Positions 33,292 through 41,994 of a DNA stretch of 44,487 nucleotides are shown piece by piece (the first letter of the stretch is position 1; every line of letters begins with the position of its first letter). Location of the stretch: contig CAZWYX010000001.1 of assembly GCA_964638485.1 (NCBI GenBank), forward strand, positions 20,752-65,238, written 5' to 3'. Source of the stretch: an uncultured Planctomycetales bacterium. GTDB lineage: Bacteria; Omnitrophota; Gorgyraeia; Aquiviventales; CAZWYX01. The position numbers and the translations under genes are program-made. The notes under the pieces are model-generated. The model ran no database searches. It saw nothing but the letters and a program-made list of their open reading frames with translations, and was not told where the DNA came from.

Positions 33292-34673
33292 CGGTGGATG
33301 GCGCGTTTCTCGGTGTCGAGCGCGGCTTCGCGCAGCGCCTCGGCAATCGCTGGATGCGGGGCAATCGTTGCTTCCCAGTCGCGGATGGCGCCCTGAAAAT
33401 GGTGCATCAGCCCCACCTGCGAGATGAGCTCGTTGATGTGCGGCCCGATGAGATGCGCACCGATGAGACGGCCGGTGGCTTCCTCGGTGAGCAGCTTGAC
33501 AAACCCTTCAGGCGTCCCATCGCACCACGCCTTGCCGCTGCCCTGCAAAAAGAAGCGGCCGGCGCGCACGTTGAGTCCTTGCGCCCGCGCCTGTGGTTCA
33601 GTCAAGCCGACGCTGGCGATCTCGGGTTGGCTAAACGTGCAGCGTGGAATCCACTGCCGATCGTACGGCTCAGGCGTACGCTGGCCCGCGAGCATCTCGA
33701 CGACGCGCGCCGCCTCAAAGGACGCTCGATGCGCCATCATCGGTCCCTTCACGCAGTCACCGATGGCGAAAATATGGGATTGCGTGGTGCGATTCATCGC
33801 ATCAATCTGGATCCAGCCCTCATCCAGCGCGATGCCTGCTGCCTCAAGGCCGATGTCATCCACATTGGCAACCCGACCGATGGCGACCAACACCCACTCG
33901 GCCTCGATGCGCGTGCGCTCTTCTCCGACGGTCAGCGCGATGTGAGCACCGCGTGGGGACACCGCAAGACTCTGGAGGCGAACGCCTGTCACATTCCGAA
34001 TGCCGCGTGCGTCAAATTGGCGCAGCAGCTCGCGGCTGACCTCAGGGTCTTCCTGGGGCACGAGGAACGTCTCGCGTTCAAGCAGCGTGACCGTGCTTCC
34101 AAACGCGGCGTACACCGTCGCCATCTCCACTCCCACCGCACCTGCTCCGATGATGAGGAGTGACGCCGGCACACGAGTCTTTTGCAGGAGGTGATCGCTA
34201 CTGAGGATGACGCGACCATCAAAAGGGGTACCTGGCAGCGGGCGCGGCCGAGAGCCGGTGGCCAGGATGAGCTGCGCAGCCGTGAGCTGCTGGCCACCGA
34301 CGACGACGGTGTGCGCATCAGCGAGGCGGCCGATGCCACTGAAGACCTCCACCGCGTGTTTGCGCAGGAGTCCTTGCAGCCCCTCGTAGAGCTGCGCGAC
34401 GACGTCGCCGGCGCGTCGCATCGCCTGCGCAAAATCGAGCTGCACCTCCCGTGGCGTGACACCAAAACGGCTGGCGTTCCGCACCAGCTCGGCGATTTCA
34501 GCGCTGCGCAGCAGGGCTTTCGTGGGGATGCAACCGATGTGGAGGCAGACTCCGCCGACGCGCTCCCGCTCGACGAGGGCCACACGCAAGCCGAGTTGCC
34601 GTGCGCGAATCGCGGCGGTGTAGCCGCCTGTGCCACCTCCTAGAATGATCAGATCGTAGGTGGCCACGGACAA
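33288..34673 (-). CDS. lpdA: dihydrolipoyl dehydrogenase
   Basis: 461 aa. ILGGGTGGY, redox disulfide GGVCLHIGCIPTK, C-terminal HPAIAEAL. Confidence 0.92.
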   Translation of the reverse strand: MSVATYDLIILGGGTGGYTAAIRARQLGLRVALVERERVGGVCLHIGCIPTKALLRSAEIAELVRNASRFGVTPREVQLDFAQAMRRAGDVVAQLYEGLQGLLRKHAVEVFSGIGRLADAHTVVVGGQQLTAAQLILATGSRPRPLPGTPFDGRVILSSDHLLQKTRVPASLLIIGAGAVGVEMATVYAAFGSTVTLLERETFLVPQEDPEVSRELLRQFDARGIRNVTGVRLQSLAVSPRGAHIALTVGEERTRIEAEWVLVAIGRVANVDDIGLEAAGIALDEGWIQIDAMNRTTQSHIFAIGDCVKGPMMAHRASFEAARVVEMLAGQRTPEPYDRQWIPRCTFSQPEIASVGLTEPQARAQGLNVRAGRFFLQGSGKAWCDGTPEGFVKLLTEEATGRLIGAHLIGPHINELISQVGLMHHFQGAIRDWEATIAPHPAIAEALREAALDTEKRAIHR

Positions 34674-34674
34674 G

Positions 34675-34887
34675 TTATTTAACTTTGATGTTGACGTTTA
34701 CATCCACATCCGGCTCGCTGGTTTTCGCCTTGGCCCCTTTCTTGGGATGCATCTTGCCTGAGGCTGGGTTGTAGCCGGTCTGCTGCTGAATGTGGCCAGG
34801 GGTGGTGTGCTTGCGGATTTGTCCAGGTGGTACGGAACAACCAGCCAGTGCAAATAATCCAACGAATCCTAGAATCAACATGCGCAT
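34675..34887 (-). CDS. small lipoprotein
   Basis: Start MRMLILGF at 34887 with a GGAGG RBS. Lipobox LAGC. Confidence 0.55.
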   Translation of the reverse strand: MRMLILGFVGLFALAGCSVPPGQIRKHTTPGHIQQQTGYNPASGKMHPKKGAKAKTSEPDVDVNVNIKVK

Positions 34888-34948
34888 TGATGCCTCCAGT
34901 TGTTTAGGGTCATTATAGCAGCGTCGCGGATGTGTTACAATACCGCTT

Positions 34949-35824
34949 GTGCCTACCGCGGTCACCGTCAACCAAGACCAGTTGCGACATCATCTCGAGG
35001 CCCTCGTCGGTGAACGCAGTCCCGCCACCCCTCAGGCACTGGCGCGCGCCGAGGCCTACATCGTGGACCACCTCACGGCGTACGGCTGGTCGGTGGAGCA
35101 GCAACCGTTCCCTTGGATGGGCGAGCGCTACCACAACGTGATTGCCCGACGGCCGGGTGCGCGTTCTCCACGACTGATCCTTGCAGCGCACTTCGACACC
35201 GTCGAGGGCACGCCTGGCGCCGACGATAACGCCAGCGGGGTGGCGGTGCTACTGGAAGCGGCACGCCTGCTCGGCGAGACTACGTTGCCGTGTACCGTCG
35301 AGTGCATCGCCTTCAATCTGGAAGAGATGAATATGGTGGGCAGCAGTCACTACGTGCAGACGCTCAAACATGCGCGCGTGCCAGTCGTGGGGATGTACTC
35401 GTTGGAGATGGTGGGTTTTACCAACCCCGCACCTCGCTCGCAGCACCTGCCTGTCGGTCTCCAGGATCGGTATCCGACGACAGGGACGTTCCTCGCCGTC
35501 GTGGGCAACCGTCGCTCGGAACGGTTCTTACGCGATACCATGCAGGGCCTCCGTCAGCTGCCTGGCTTGCAGGCGGAGCAACTCATCGTACCGATGAACG
35601 GGTGGCTCCTTCCCCTCACGCGCCTCAGTGACCATGCGCCGTTTTGGGATGCCGGCTACCCGGCTCTCCTCATCACCGACACCGCGTTCCTCCGCAATCC
35701 GCACTACCATCAGCCCACGGATACGCTCGAGACTCTTGACCTCGCCTTCATGACGCAGGTCTGTGCTGGACTCGTCGCAGCCGTCCGTGCCATCACTGAA
35801 TCTGCTCTCCCACCAATCCCCTAG
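34949..35824 (+). CDS. M28-family zinc aminopeptidase
   Basis: 291 aa (GTG start). AAHFDTV...GADDNASGVAVLLEAAR...FNLEE...SDHAPFW metal-ligand pattern. Confidence 0.85.
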   Translation: MPTAVTVNQDQLRHHLEALVGERSPATPQALARAEAYIVDHLTAYGWSVEQQPFPWMGERYHNVIARRPGARSPRLILAAHFDTVEGTPGADDNASGVAVLLEAARLLGETTLPCTVECIAFNLEEMNMVGSSHYVQTLKHARVPVVGMYSLEMVGFTNPAPRSQHLPVGLQDRYPTTGTFLAVVGNRRSERFLRDTMQGLRQLPGLQAEQLIVPMNGWLLPLTRLSDHAPFWDAGYPALLITDTAFLRNPHYHQPTDTLETLDLAFMTQVCAGLVAAVRAITESALPPIP

Positions 35825-37026
35825 TGCGTGCTGGGCCGCACGAAGTGCTTGAACAAATCCGCAAGGGCTCGGCGACGCGGCGCACGCGCGCAGAGGACGA
35901 GGAAGGCCACGATGTAGAACCCGCTGCAGAACCAGCGGACGCTGGGCCACGGCAGACTCAGTTGGAAGAGAAACGGCAGCGCCAACCACCAGGCATCTTT
36001 CGAGGAGAAGCGAAAGTCCGCCAAGAGGCAGACGGCAAACAGCGATTGCGTCGAGGTCAAGACCATCTCCTCGACTTGCCGCGCATCCAGCGGCATCGCG
36101 CGGAAGCCGTGGCTCCCGAGGCTAAACGCGATGGGCAGCATCCCGACGAGGAGCGTCCACTGATTGACCTTCGCTGAAATCAACGTGCCCAAGCCTTCGC
36201 CGGCGCGCCGCCGGAAGACGAAGAGGAGCGCGACGAGGAACTCGGGAAACTCCGAGGCCAACGGAGCCAGCCACTGCACCAGAATGAATTCTTCGATGTG
36301 AAACTGCCGTCCGGTCTCCAGCAACCCTTCAGCAAACGGCTCAGCCGCGAGCAGAATCGCCGCGCCCGCGACGATGAAGAGGAGAACTGTGACGCCACGT
36401 CGCAGGCCGCGCGGGAGCTGTGCCAGGGAGCGGGCTGGGCCGGTCAGCTCAGGCGTGACGTGCTTGGCGCGCGCCGCCTGCAGCAGGTAGGCACCGAAGA
36501 TCATCAGGAGGACTCCCGTGTCGAGCCAAGAAAAGGTGCGTTTGCACGGGATGATAAACGAGTAGCACGTCGCCACCAACAGCGTGGCCAGCTCTGGCGT
36601 CTGCTCCCGGCCGACCTCCAGCGTGGCGGTGCGTGTCGTCCACCAGAAGGCCGCAAACAACACCGGCCAGCCCAGACCGATGAGGAGCCGGTTGGCGCCC
36701 GTCATGTTGGCCGCGGCGTACGCGGTGTAGACCGGATCCTGCCCGGCCTTCCAGGCAAAATAGAGGTCCACCGCGTACTCTGGCAGGACCGTCATCAGCG
36801 CGACGCCGGCGAGCGCCAGGGCCTGCGAGAGTTCCAGCTCCGCTAGCTCAGCCGCCCAGCACAACAGGAACGCCGCGCCACAGATGGCGATGCCGGGCAG
36901 CACCGCTGTCCACGGCAGCGCGACTGGCACCTCGATGAGTCGGATCCCGATCCAGCCGAGGCTAATCCCCAGCGCACCCACGAACCACAGGGCAGCAGTC
37001 CACGAAACGGCACGTGTGTTAGTCAT
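35821..37026 (-). CDS. polytopic membrane protein, Ca2+/cation antiporter (CaCA)-like
   Basis: 401 aa, about 10 TMs. Two alpha-repeat-like motifs (TVLPEYAVDL, ASEFPEFLVAL). Family assignment is tentative. Confidence 0.45.
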   Translation of the reverse strand: MTNTRAVSWTAALWFVGALGISLGWIGIRLIEVPVALPWTAVLPGIAICGAAFLLCWAAELAELELSQALALAGVALMTVLPEYAVDLYFAWKAGQDPVYTAYAAANMTGANRLLIGLGWPVLFAAFWWTTRTATLEVGREQTPELATLLVATCYSFIIPCKRTFSWLDTGVLLMIFGAYLLQAARAKHVTPELTGPARSLAQLPRGLRRGVTVLLFIVAGAAILLAAEPFAEGLLETGRQFHIEEFILVQWLAPLASEFPEFLVALLFVFRRRAGEGLGTLISAKVNQWTLLVGMLPIAFSLGSHGFRAMPLDARQVEEMVLTSTQSLFAVCLLADFRFSSKDAWWLALPFLFQLSLPWPSVRWFCSGFYIVAFLVLCARAPRRRALADLFKHFVRPSTH

Positions 37027-37103
37027 CGGGAGTGAATTGCTTGAGTGATACCAGGTTCCGTCAGGCCCGTCAAGGGAAAATGAACAGCAGCGGAGGGACG
37101 CGC

Positions 37104-37496
37104 TTAGGCCGGGGCAGGTTTTTGGCTGAGGATCAGGCGGATGCGCGCCAGGAGTTGATCCGATTCGAAGGGCTTTTCGACGTACTCGAGGGCGCCCAGT
37201 TGGGCGGCGAGGTGTTTGTCAGCCAGGTCGGTCACCGCCGTCACCATGATGATCGGGATCTGCGCCGTCTCGGTGCGGCCACGCAGCTCGACCGCGACCA
37301 GTTCCCCATCTAGCTTGGGCAGTTTGATGTCGAGGAGTATGAGATCCGGACGTTCGGCCACCGCCGCATCCACCCCACTGACCCCATCCGCTGCCAGGAG
37401 TACGCGGTACCCCTGGCCTTCCAAGAGGCGCTTCATCATCTTGGCCAAATCCAGATCGTCTTCGACGACGAGAATCGTCTTCCCGGCAGGGGTCAT
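37104..37496 (-). CDS. single-domain response regulator (CheY-like receiver)
   Basis: 130 aa. ILVVEDD...DLILLDIKLPKLDG...PIIMVTA...K. Confidence 0.9.
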   Translation of the reverse strand: MTPAGKTILVVEDDLDLAKMMKRLLEGQGYRVLLAADGVSGVDAAVAERPDLILLDIKLPKLDGELVAVELRGRTETAQIPIIMVTAVTDLADKHLAAQLGALEYVEKPFESDQLLARIRLILSQKPAPA

Positions 37497-38416
37497 GCGG
37501 CGCGCATCCGACGTGGCAGGGGTTCTTCTGCCAAACTCTCTTTGACGAAGTAGAGCGGATGCTGCGCCAAGTCCACCGACCGCTCCTCAGGCAACCGTCC
37601 GCCAGCGCGATCGTAGTGGATCGCGACCTGCGGACGCAGCGGCAGCCCCTTGTGAATCGCGGTCACGCGTCCCATCTCGCCGGTGTTCAAGCGCACCCAC
37701 GTGTTCAAGGGGTAGATCCCGACTTGATCGAACAAGGCTTTGACGAGGCGCGGTTCAAACAGGTGCTGGGTTTTTAAGATCGTGCGCACCGCAGGGAACG
37801 CTAGCACCGTCGGACGATCCGCCCGCGGATGGGTGAGCGCCTCGTAGAGATCCGCCAGGCGCACCACTTTGCTGAGTTCGCGCTCGGCCACGGTGAGCTC
37901 ACGTGGCGGTGACGTGGTCGTCGCCGTCTCCGACGCGCGCGGCTCGAGTGAATCGAGGTACACGATGAGCTGTGTAAACTCTGGGATGTCGCCCAAGAGG
38001 GCCAGGCACTCGTAGGCATGACCACGCATGTCGTGGTATTTGACCGTCCGCGGCTCGGCCCCATTCACCGCCTTGGTCAGTCCCAGATCATGCAGGAGCG
38101 CCGCAGCCCCGACGTCACGGACAACCGTCTCCGCATACTGGAGGGCCTTAGCGATCACCATCGCCAAGATGCTCGTGTTGACCGAATGGCCGAAGAGGAA
38201 CTGCGGGAAGCTTGAGCGGACGGTCAAGCCGACTAACTTGGGTTGGTGGGTCTGCGTCGCCTCGAGCAGGCGATCCGCGATGTGCAGCACCTCGGCCGCT
38301 GGAATCGGCTGTCCCGCGGTGACCGCCTGGTGCAGCCGCTCCATGAACGCCAGTGCCTCGTCGTAGATGACTTCGACCGTCGGAGGCGCTGTGACCGTTG
38401 CCAACGAGTCAGCCAT
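37493..38416 (-). CDS. HD-domain metal-dependent phosphohydrolase-like protein (no GYP motif seen)
   Basis: 307 aa. GHSVNTSILAM...AALLHDLGL. ATGA overlap with the receiver gene. Confidence 0.65.
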   Translation of the reverse strand: MADSLATVTAPPTVEVIYDEALAFMERLHQAVTAGQPIPAAEVLHIADRLLEATQTHQPKLVGLTVRSSFPQFLFGHSVNTSILAMVIAKALQYAETVVRDVGAAALLHDLGLTKAVNGAEPRTVKYHDMRGHAYECLALLGDIPEFTQLIVYLDSLEPRASETATTTSPPRELTVAERELSKVVRLADLYEALTHPRADRPTVLAFPAVRTILKTQHLFEPRLVKALFDQVGIYPLNTWVRLNTGEMGRVTAIHKGLPLRPQVAIHYDRAGGRLPEERSVDLAQHPLYFVKESLAEEPLPRRMRAA

Positions 38417-39740
38417 GGACGACGGCTCCCTCCACCGCTGGTGCCAGCGGCACCTCGCACGCGAAGACCGTCCCGCCCGTGGGCTTGGAATCGGCGTGGA
38501 TGCTCCCCTGCTGGAGCTCGAGGAGCTCGCGACAGATCGCCAGGCCTAAGCCAGTCCCTGGCCGGCTCGGATCCGCGTCGAGCCGCTCAAACCGCTGGAA
38601 CAAGCGCTCCTTCTTCTCGGGCGCAATCCCGATGCCGGTATCCTCGATGCGAATCGTCATGCGGTCATCGCTCACCTGCGCACCCACGGTAATCGTTCCC
38701 CCTTCGGGGGTGAACTTGACTGCGTTACTCACCAAGTTGCCGATGACCTGGATCATCCGGTCACGATCCGCCAACATCGGCGGGAGATCTGGCGGCATCT
38801 CGACATGGATCGTGCGTCGTCCGATGAGCGGTTGATGCACCCGCAGTGTTTCGTCCACAATCTCTTCCACCCGACACGGGCCGATGCGCAAAGCGAGTTT
38901 GCCCGCTTGAATCTTCGACAAGTCGAGAAGGTTGGTGATGAGTTCGGTCAAGCGGTTGAGGTTGCGGGCCATCACCGTCATGAACTCGCGCTGCTCTAAG
39001 GTGAGCGGTCCCAAGGTGCCGTTGAGGAACAGTCCAATGGCTTGCTTCATCGCGGTCAAGGGTGTGCGCAGCTCGTGGTTGACCATGGCGACGAAATCGT
39101 CTTTGACGCGCGAGATGTGCTGCAACTCTTCGTTGGCATCGGCCAACTGCTCGGCGGCATCCTTGAGGTGCGCTTGCGACTCTTGCAACTGCTGGCGGGT
39201 GTCGCGTTCACGGAGGATTTCCCGGTGGAGCTGCCGGGCAAAGAGGGCGGTAAAGGCTGCGGCCAGCGTCATCGCCAACACGCGGGTGCTCACTTGGACG
39301 GCTAAGGGCGACAACTGCGTGGGCGCCTGCAGTGCATCCAGGAACGCCAGGACGCCCCATCCCACGATGGCTAAGCCAAACACCACCCACGCGCGCAACA
39401 GATCCAGGACCAAAAAGGACGCCAAAATCGGGAGTAAGTACAAGGGACCAAACGGACTCTCGACCCCACCCGTCAAATGGAGGAAGGCCGTGACGAAGGC
39501 GATCGCGGCGACCGCGCCATAGAACGTCTTGCGGAAGCCGATCCACGATTTGGGCAAGAGGTGATGCCAGACGACCGCGGAGAAGCCCAAGATGACGGCC
39601 AAGGCATAGATGTGGACGAGGTTCGTGGCAACGCCGGGCAGGTGCGCTAAAGCAAAACAGCCGGCCGCCGCGACCCAGTAGAGCAGCTCGAACCAGAGTT
39701 CGAACTGCTGAATGCGGATGCGATCAATCGGTGAGGTCAT
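38409..39740 (-). CDS. membrane sensor histidine kinase
   Basis: 443 aa. About 6 N-terminal TMs. H-box FVAMVNHELRTPL. N, G1 and G2 boxes (NLVSNAVKFT, DTGIGI, GTGLGLAI). Confidence 0.92.
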   Translation of the reverse strand: MTSPIDRIRIQQFELWFELLYWVAAAGCFALAHLPGVATNLVHIYALAVILGFSAVVWHHLLPKSWIGFRKTFYGAVAAIAFVTAFLHLTGGVESPFGPLYLLPILASFLVLDLLRAWVVFGLAIVGWGVLAFLDALQAPTQLSPLAVQVSTRVLAMTLAAAFTALFARQLHREILRERDTRQQLQESQAHLKDAAEQLADANEELQHISRVKDDFVAMVNHELRTPLTAMKQAIGLFLNGTLGPLTLEQREFMTVMARNLNRLTELITNLLDLSKIQAGKLALRIGPCRVEEIVDETLRVHQPLIGRRTIHVEMPPDLPPMLADRDRMIQVIGNLVSNAVKFTPEGGTITVGAQVSDDRMTIRIEDTGIGIAPEKKERLFQRFERLDADPSRPGTGLGLAICRELLELQQGSIHADSKPTGGTVFACEVPLAPAVEGAVVHG

Positions 39741-39945
39741 CAGGCGTGCTCTCCAGCACCGGAGCCGCTGTCACGCGCCGACACATCTGTTCGTTCATCC
39801 ACTGTTCGAGCGCGCCTCGGTCAAATCGCCACTGGTTGCCGACTTTAAAGGCCGGCAGTTTCTGTCGCCGCGCCAGACGGTACACCGTAATTTCATCCAC
39901 ATCCAAGAGATGGGCCACCTCGCGCGCGGACATCACAGGTTTCAT
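39724..39945 (-). CDS. excisionase/MerR-type helix-turn-helix DNA-binding protein
   Basis: 73 aa. MSAREVAHLLDVDEITVYRLARRQKLPAFKVGNQWRF. GAGGAGG RBS. Overlaps the kinase start by 17 nt. Confidence 0.8.
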   Translation of the reverse strand: MKPVMSAREVAHLLDVDEITVYRLARRQKLPAFKVGNQWRFDRGALEQWMNEQMCRRVTAAPVLESTPDDLTD

Positions 39946-39980
39946 CGCTCCTCCTCACCTGTTGCCAGCTCAGGGCACAC

Positions 39981-40006
39981 AAAAAGCGGCCGCGCAATCG
40001 GCCGCT
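39981..40006 (-). terminator. intrinsic terminator in the operon leader
   Basis: Minus-strand AGCGGCCG-AUUGCG-CGGCCGCU followed by UUUUGUGUG. Confidence 0.7.
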
Positions 40007-40245
40007 GCATGGGACACGGACTCGATGGCACTGGCAACCCGGCCATCCGCCGACGATCTCTGGCGGATCCGTGGCTTTGCCCTCCTCCGCGCTGCTTCGC
40101 GAAAGCTCGCAGCGCTTCAGCGGGTCCTGCATCGCTTCTCTAATCGCTTGAGCGACGGAGAGCGATGCAGGACGTCCCCCGATTACTCGGGGTTTGCCCT
40201 GAGCAGTACCTCTTAACGTGCTTCGTACGCAGTACTGTACTCTCT
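39981..40245 (-). promoter_or_regulatory. structured 5' leader: candidate c-di-GMP-I (GEMM-I)-like riboswitch carrying a ~93-nt insertion
   Basis: CAGGGCAAACC-CCGA-GUAA-UCGG-GGGACG (40201-40173). CAAAGCCACGG-hairpin-GGCCGGGUUGCC (40079-40033). Closing helix GGUACUG/CAGUGCC. The terminator follows. See the finding at 39968-40280. Confidence 0.45.
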
Positions 40246-40251
40246 AGTACA

Positions 40252-40280
40252 AGTATAGAAGATACCGCGCTCAAATACAA
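40252..40280 (-). promoter_or_regulatory. candidate promoter TTGTAT-17-TATACT for the leader RNA
   Basis: -35 at 40280-40275 and -10 at 40257-40252. GTAC-containing palindromes (GTACTAGAGAGTAC, AGTACAGTACT) lie around the predicted start. Confidence 0.45.
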
Positions 40281-40310
40281 GGGCTAGACAACACAGTTCA
40301 ACACACGACA

Positions 40311-40349
40311 AAAATTACATAACTGATTATTTTATTGAGAGTTATGTAA
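40311..40349 (-). terminator. AU-rich hairpin terminator after the small membrane-protein gene
   Basis: Perfect 10-bp inverted repeat TTACATAACT (40315-40324) and AGTTATGTAA (40340-40349), 15-nt loop, then UUUUUG on the minus strand. Confidence 0.5.
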
Positions 40350-40356
40350 CACGTAC

Positions 40357-40608
40357 TCACTTCGACGGCTGAGCCGGTGGTGTTTCCTTAGAGAGATACC
40401 CCTGGCTGAACGGGCACCACGACTTGCCGCCCGGTTGGCCTGCGGTCACCGCGTAGAAGCGGCAGACCACCCCACCGAAACTGAGCACCAGGATCAATCC
40501 CGCCACCACCCGCCCGATGGTCTTGAGCCGTCCCCGCTCGTGCTCTGCCCGCTCCAAGACCCAATAGCCCGCCGCTGCACTGAGTAACAACCCTGCGATC
40601 CCGCCCAT
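40357..40608 (-). CDS. small two-TM membrane protein
   Basis: Start MGGIAGLLL at 40608 after a GAGGAGG RBS. 83 aa. The N-terminal half of the 171-aa track ORF has no support. Confidence 0.55.
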   Translation of the reverse strand: MGGIAGLLLSAAAGYWVLERAEHERGRLKTIGRVVAGLILVLSFGGVVCRFYAVTAGQPGGKSWCPFSQGYLSKETPPAQPSK

Positions 40609-40664
40609 CCTGACCTCCTCATCGTGTGATGCCACACCAGATACGTTACTCTGCAGTATACCAC

Positions 40665-40693
40665 TTGACGCCGCAAGGCGCCTGGGAGATAAT
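40665..40693 (+). promoter_or_regulatory. candidate promoter TTGACG-17-GATAAT for the rhodanese operon
   Basis: -35 at 40665-40670 and -10 at 40688-40693. ~50-nt leader with a CAGGAG RBS. Confidence 0.5.
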
Positions 40694-40747
40694 ACCTTCC
40701 TCGCAAGCGCAAGCCATCGCACCACACCTGCAACCAGGAGTTCCCGT

Positions 40748-41611
40748 ATGACGACGCACACAGCAACCCCCCCACCCGCCACGCGCCCGAAGGTCCTCGT
40801 GTCCACCGCATGGGTCGCCGAGCACCTCAAGGATGCCGCCGTCCGTGTGGTCGAGGTAGACGTGGACACCACCGCCTATGCGGAAGGGCATCTCGCGGGC
40901 GCGGTGGGCTGGAACTGGAGTACCCAGCTCTGTGATACGGTGCGCCGCGACATCATCCCCAAGGGACAACTCGAACAGCTCCTCGGACGCTCCGGCATCC
41001 GCAACGACACGACGATCATCCTCTATGGCGACAACAACAACTGGTTTGCGGCGTGGGCGTGTTGGCAACTCAAGATCTACGGCCATGCAGACGTGCGCTT
41101 GATGGACGGCGGGCGGAAGAAATGGATTGCCGAGGGACGGGCGTTGACGAAGGACGTCTCGCAGCCGCAGGCCACGACCTATCGAGCCAAGCCTCCTGAT
41201 GTGTCCATTCGCGCCTTCTTGCCAGAGACCCAACGCGCGGTAGAGCAGCGGAGTGCGGAGCTGGTGGATGTGCGCAGTCCGCAGGAGTTCACCGGAGAAA
41301 TCTTGGCCCCGCCAGGGCTACCAGAAACCTGTCAGCGCGGTGGGCATATTCCCGGAGCGAAAAATATTCCGTGGGGCAAGGCGTGCAACGAGGACGGGAC
41401 GTTCAAGTCCGTCGAGGAACTCCGACAGTTGTACGGTACCGCCGGCATCACCGGCACGAAACCGATCATCGCCTATTGCCGGATTGGCGAGCGGTCCAGC
41501 CACACCTGGTTTGTGTTGACGTACCTGCTCGGCTACGCGAACGTGCGCAACTACGACGGCAGTTGGACTGAGTGGGGCAACCTCGTCGCGGCCCCCGTCG
41601 AGAAACCATGA
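40748..41611 (+). CDS. tandem-rhodanese thiosulfate/3-mercaptopyruvate sulfurtransferase
   Basis: 287 aa. Active-site loop YCRIGERSSHTWF. Two rhodanese repeats. Confidence 0.9.
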   Translation: MTTHTATPPPATRPKVLVSTAWVAEHLKDAAVRVVEVDVDTTAYAEGHLAGAVGWNWSTQLCDTVRRDIIPKGQLEQLLGRSGIRNDTTIILYGDNNNWFAAWACWQLKIYGHADVRLMDGGRKKWIAEGRALTKDVSQPQATTYRAKPPDVSIRAFLPETQRAVEQRSAELVDVRSPQEFTGEILAPPGLPETCQRGGHIPGAKNIPWGKACNEDGTFKSVEELRQLYGTAGITGTKPIIAYCRIGERSSHTWFVLTYLLGYANVRNYDGSWTEWGNLVAAPVEKP

Positions 41612-41838
41612 CGGAACAGCCGACCGATTATTCTGAGCGGACGCTCGAGGTGGCAGGTTGGCCTGTAAAGATTACGTCGTACAAATTAGGGTCGGTCTAC
41701 TACGCGACGGTGGACAACGTCAGTCCCGGCGCCTGGATTGCCAAGAGCGACGGCGCCACGCAAGCCGACGCTGAAGCGAAGGCGATCGAGCAAGCCGCGC
41801 AGCGCCTCGCCCACACCAAGCGGTATTCCGTGACGTAA
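41608..41838 (+). CDS. small hypothetical protein translationally coupled to the rhodanese
   Basis: ATG at 41608 in an ATGA overlap. 76 aa. No recognisable motif. Confidence 0.5.
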   Translation: MTEQPTDYSERTLEVAGWPVKITSYKLGSVYYATVDNVSPGAWIAKSDGATQADAEAKAIEQAAQRLAHTKRYSVT

Positions 41839-41839
41839 T

Positions 41840-41992
41840 GGTTCGGGGTGGGTCCGTTCGTCGTTCGTCGTTCGTGGATCGTGATTCGCACACAGCGGGC
41901 GCCGGCCCCCTGCCTTTGGCGCCGAACGCGAAACTCTCAACGCTGAACTGCTCTACCTGCTGACCCTTCAATCTCGAGCCGTGAGCTTCGAT
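41840..41992. repeat. heptamer-phased spacer between convergent genes, arms of opposite polarity
   Basis: Left arm: GGTTCGG GGTGGGT CCGTTCG TCGTTCG TCGTTCG TGGATCG TGATTCG. Centre: GGCGCC-N14-GGCGCC. Right arm: CGAACGC GAAACTC TCAACGC TGAACTG ... Confidence 0.8.
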
Positions 41993-41994
41993 GG

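Noticed and set aside
39946-40356. The structured 400-nt region as tmRNA, RNase P RNA, SRP RNA, 6S RNA or a tRNA.
   Set aside because: None of the signature sequences I know are present: no tRNA-like acceptor/T-arm end, no RNase P GGAAAGUCC/ACAGAA-type motifs, no SRP domain-IV GGAA/AGCA symmetric loop. Its position as a promoter-to-terminator leader before an operon fits a cis-regulatory RNA better.
40609-40872. N-terminal half of the 171-aa ORF 40357-40872.
   Set aside because: It runs antisense through the rhodanese promoter and 5' coding region. A GAGGAGG RBS precedes the internal ATG at 40608.
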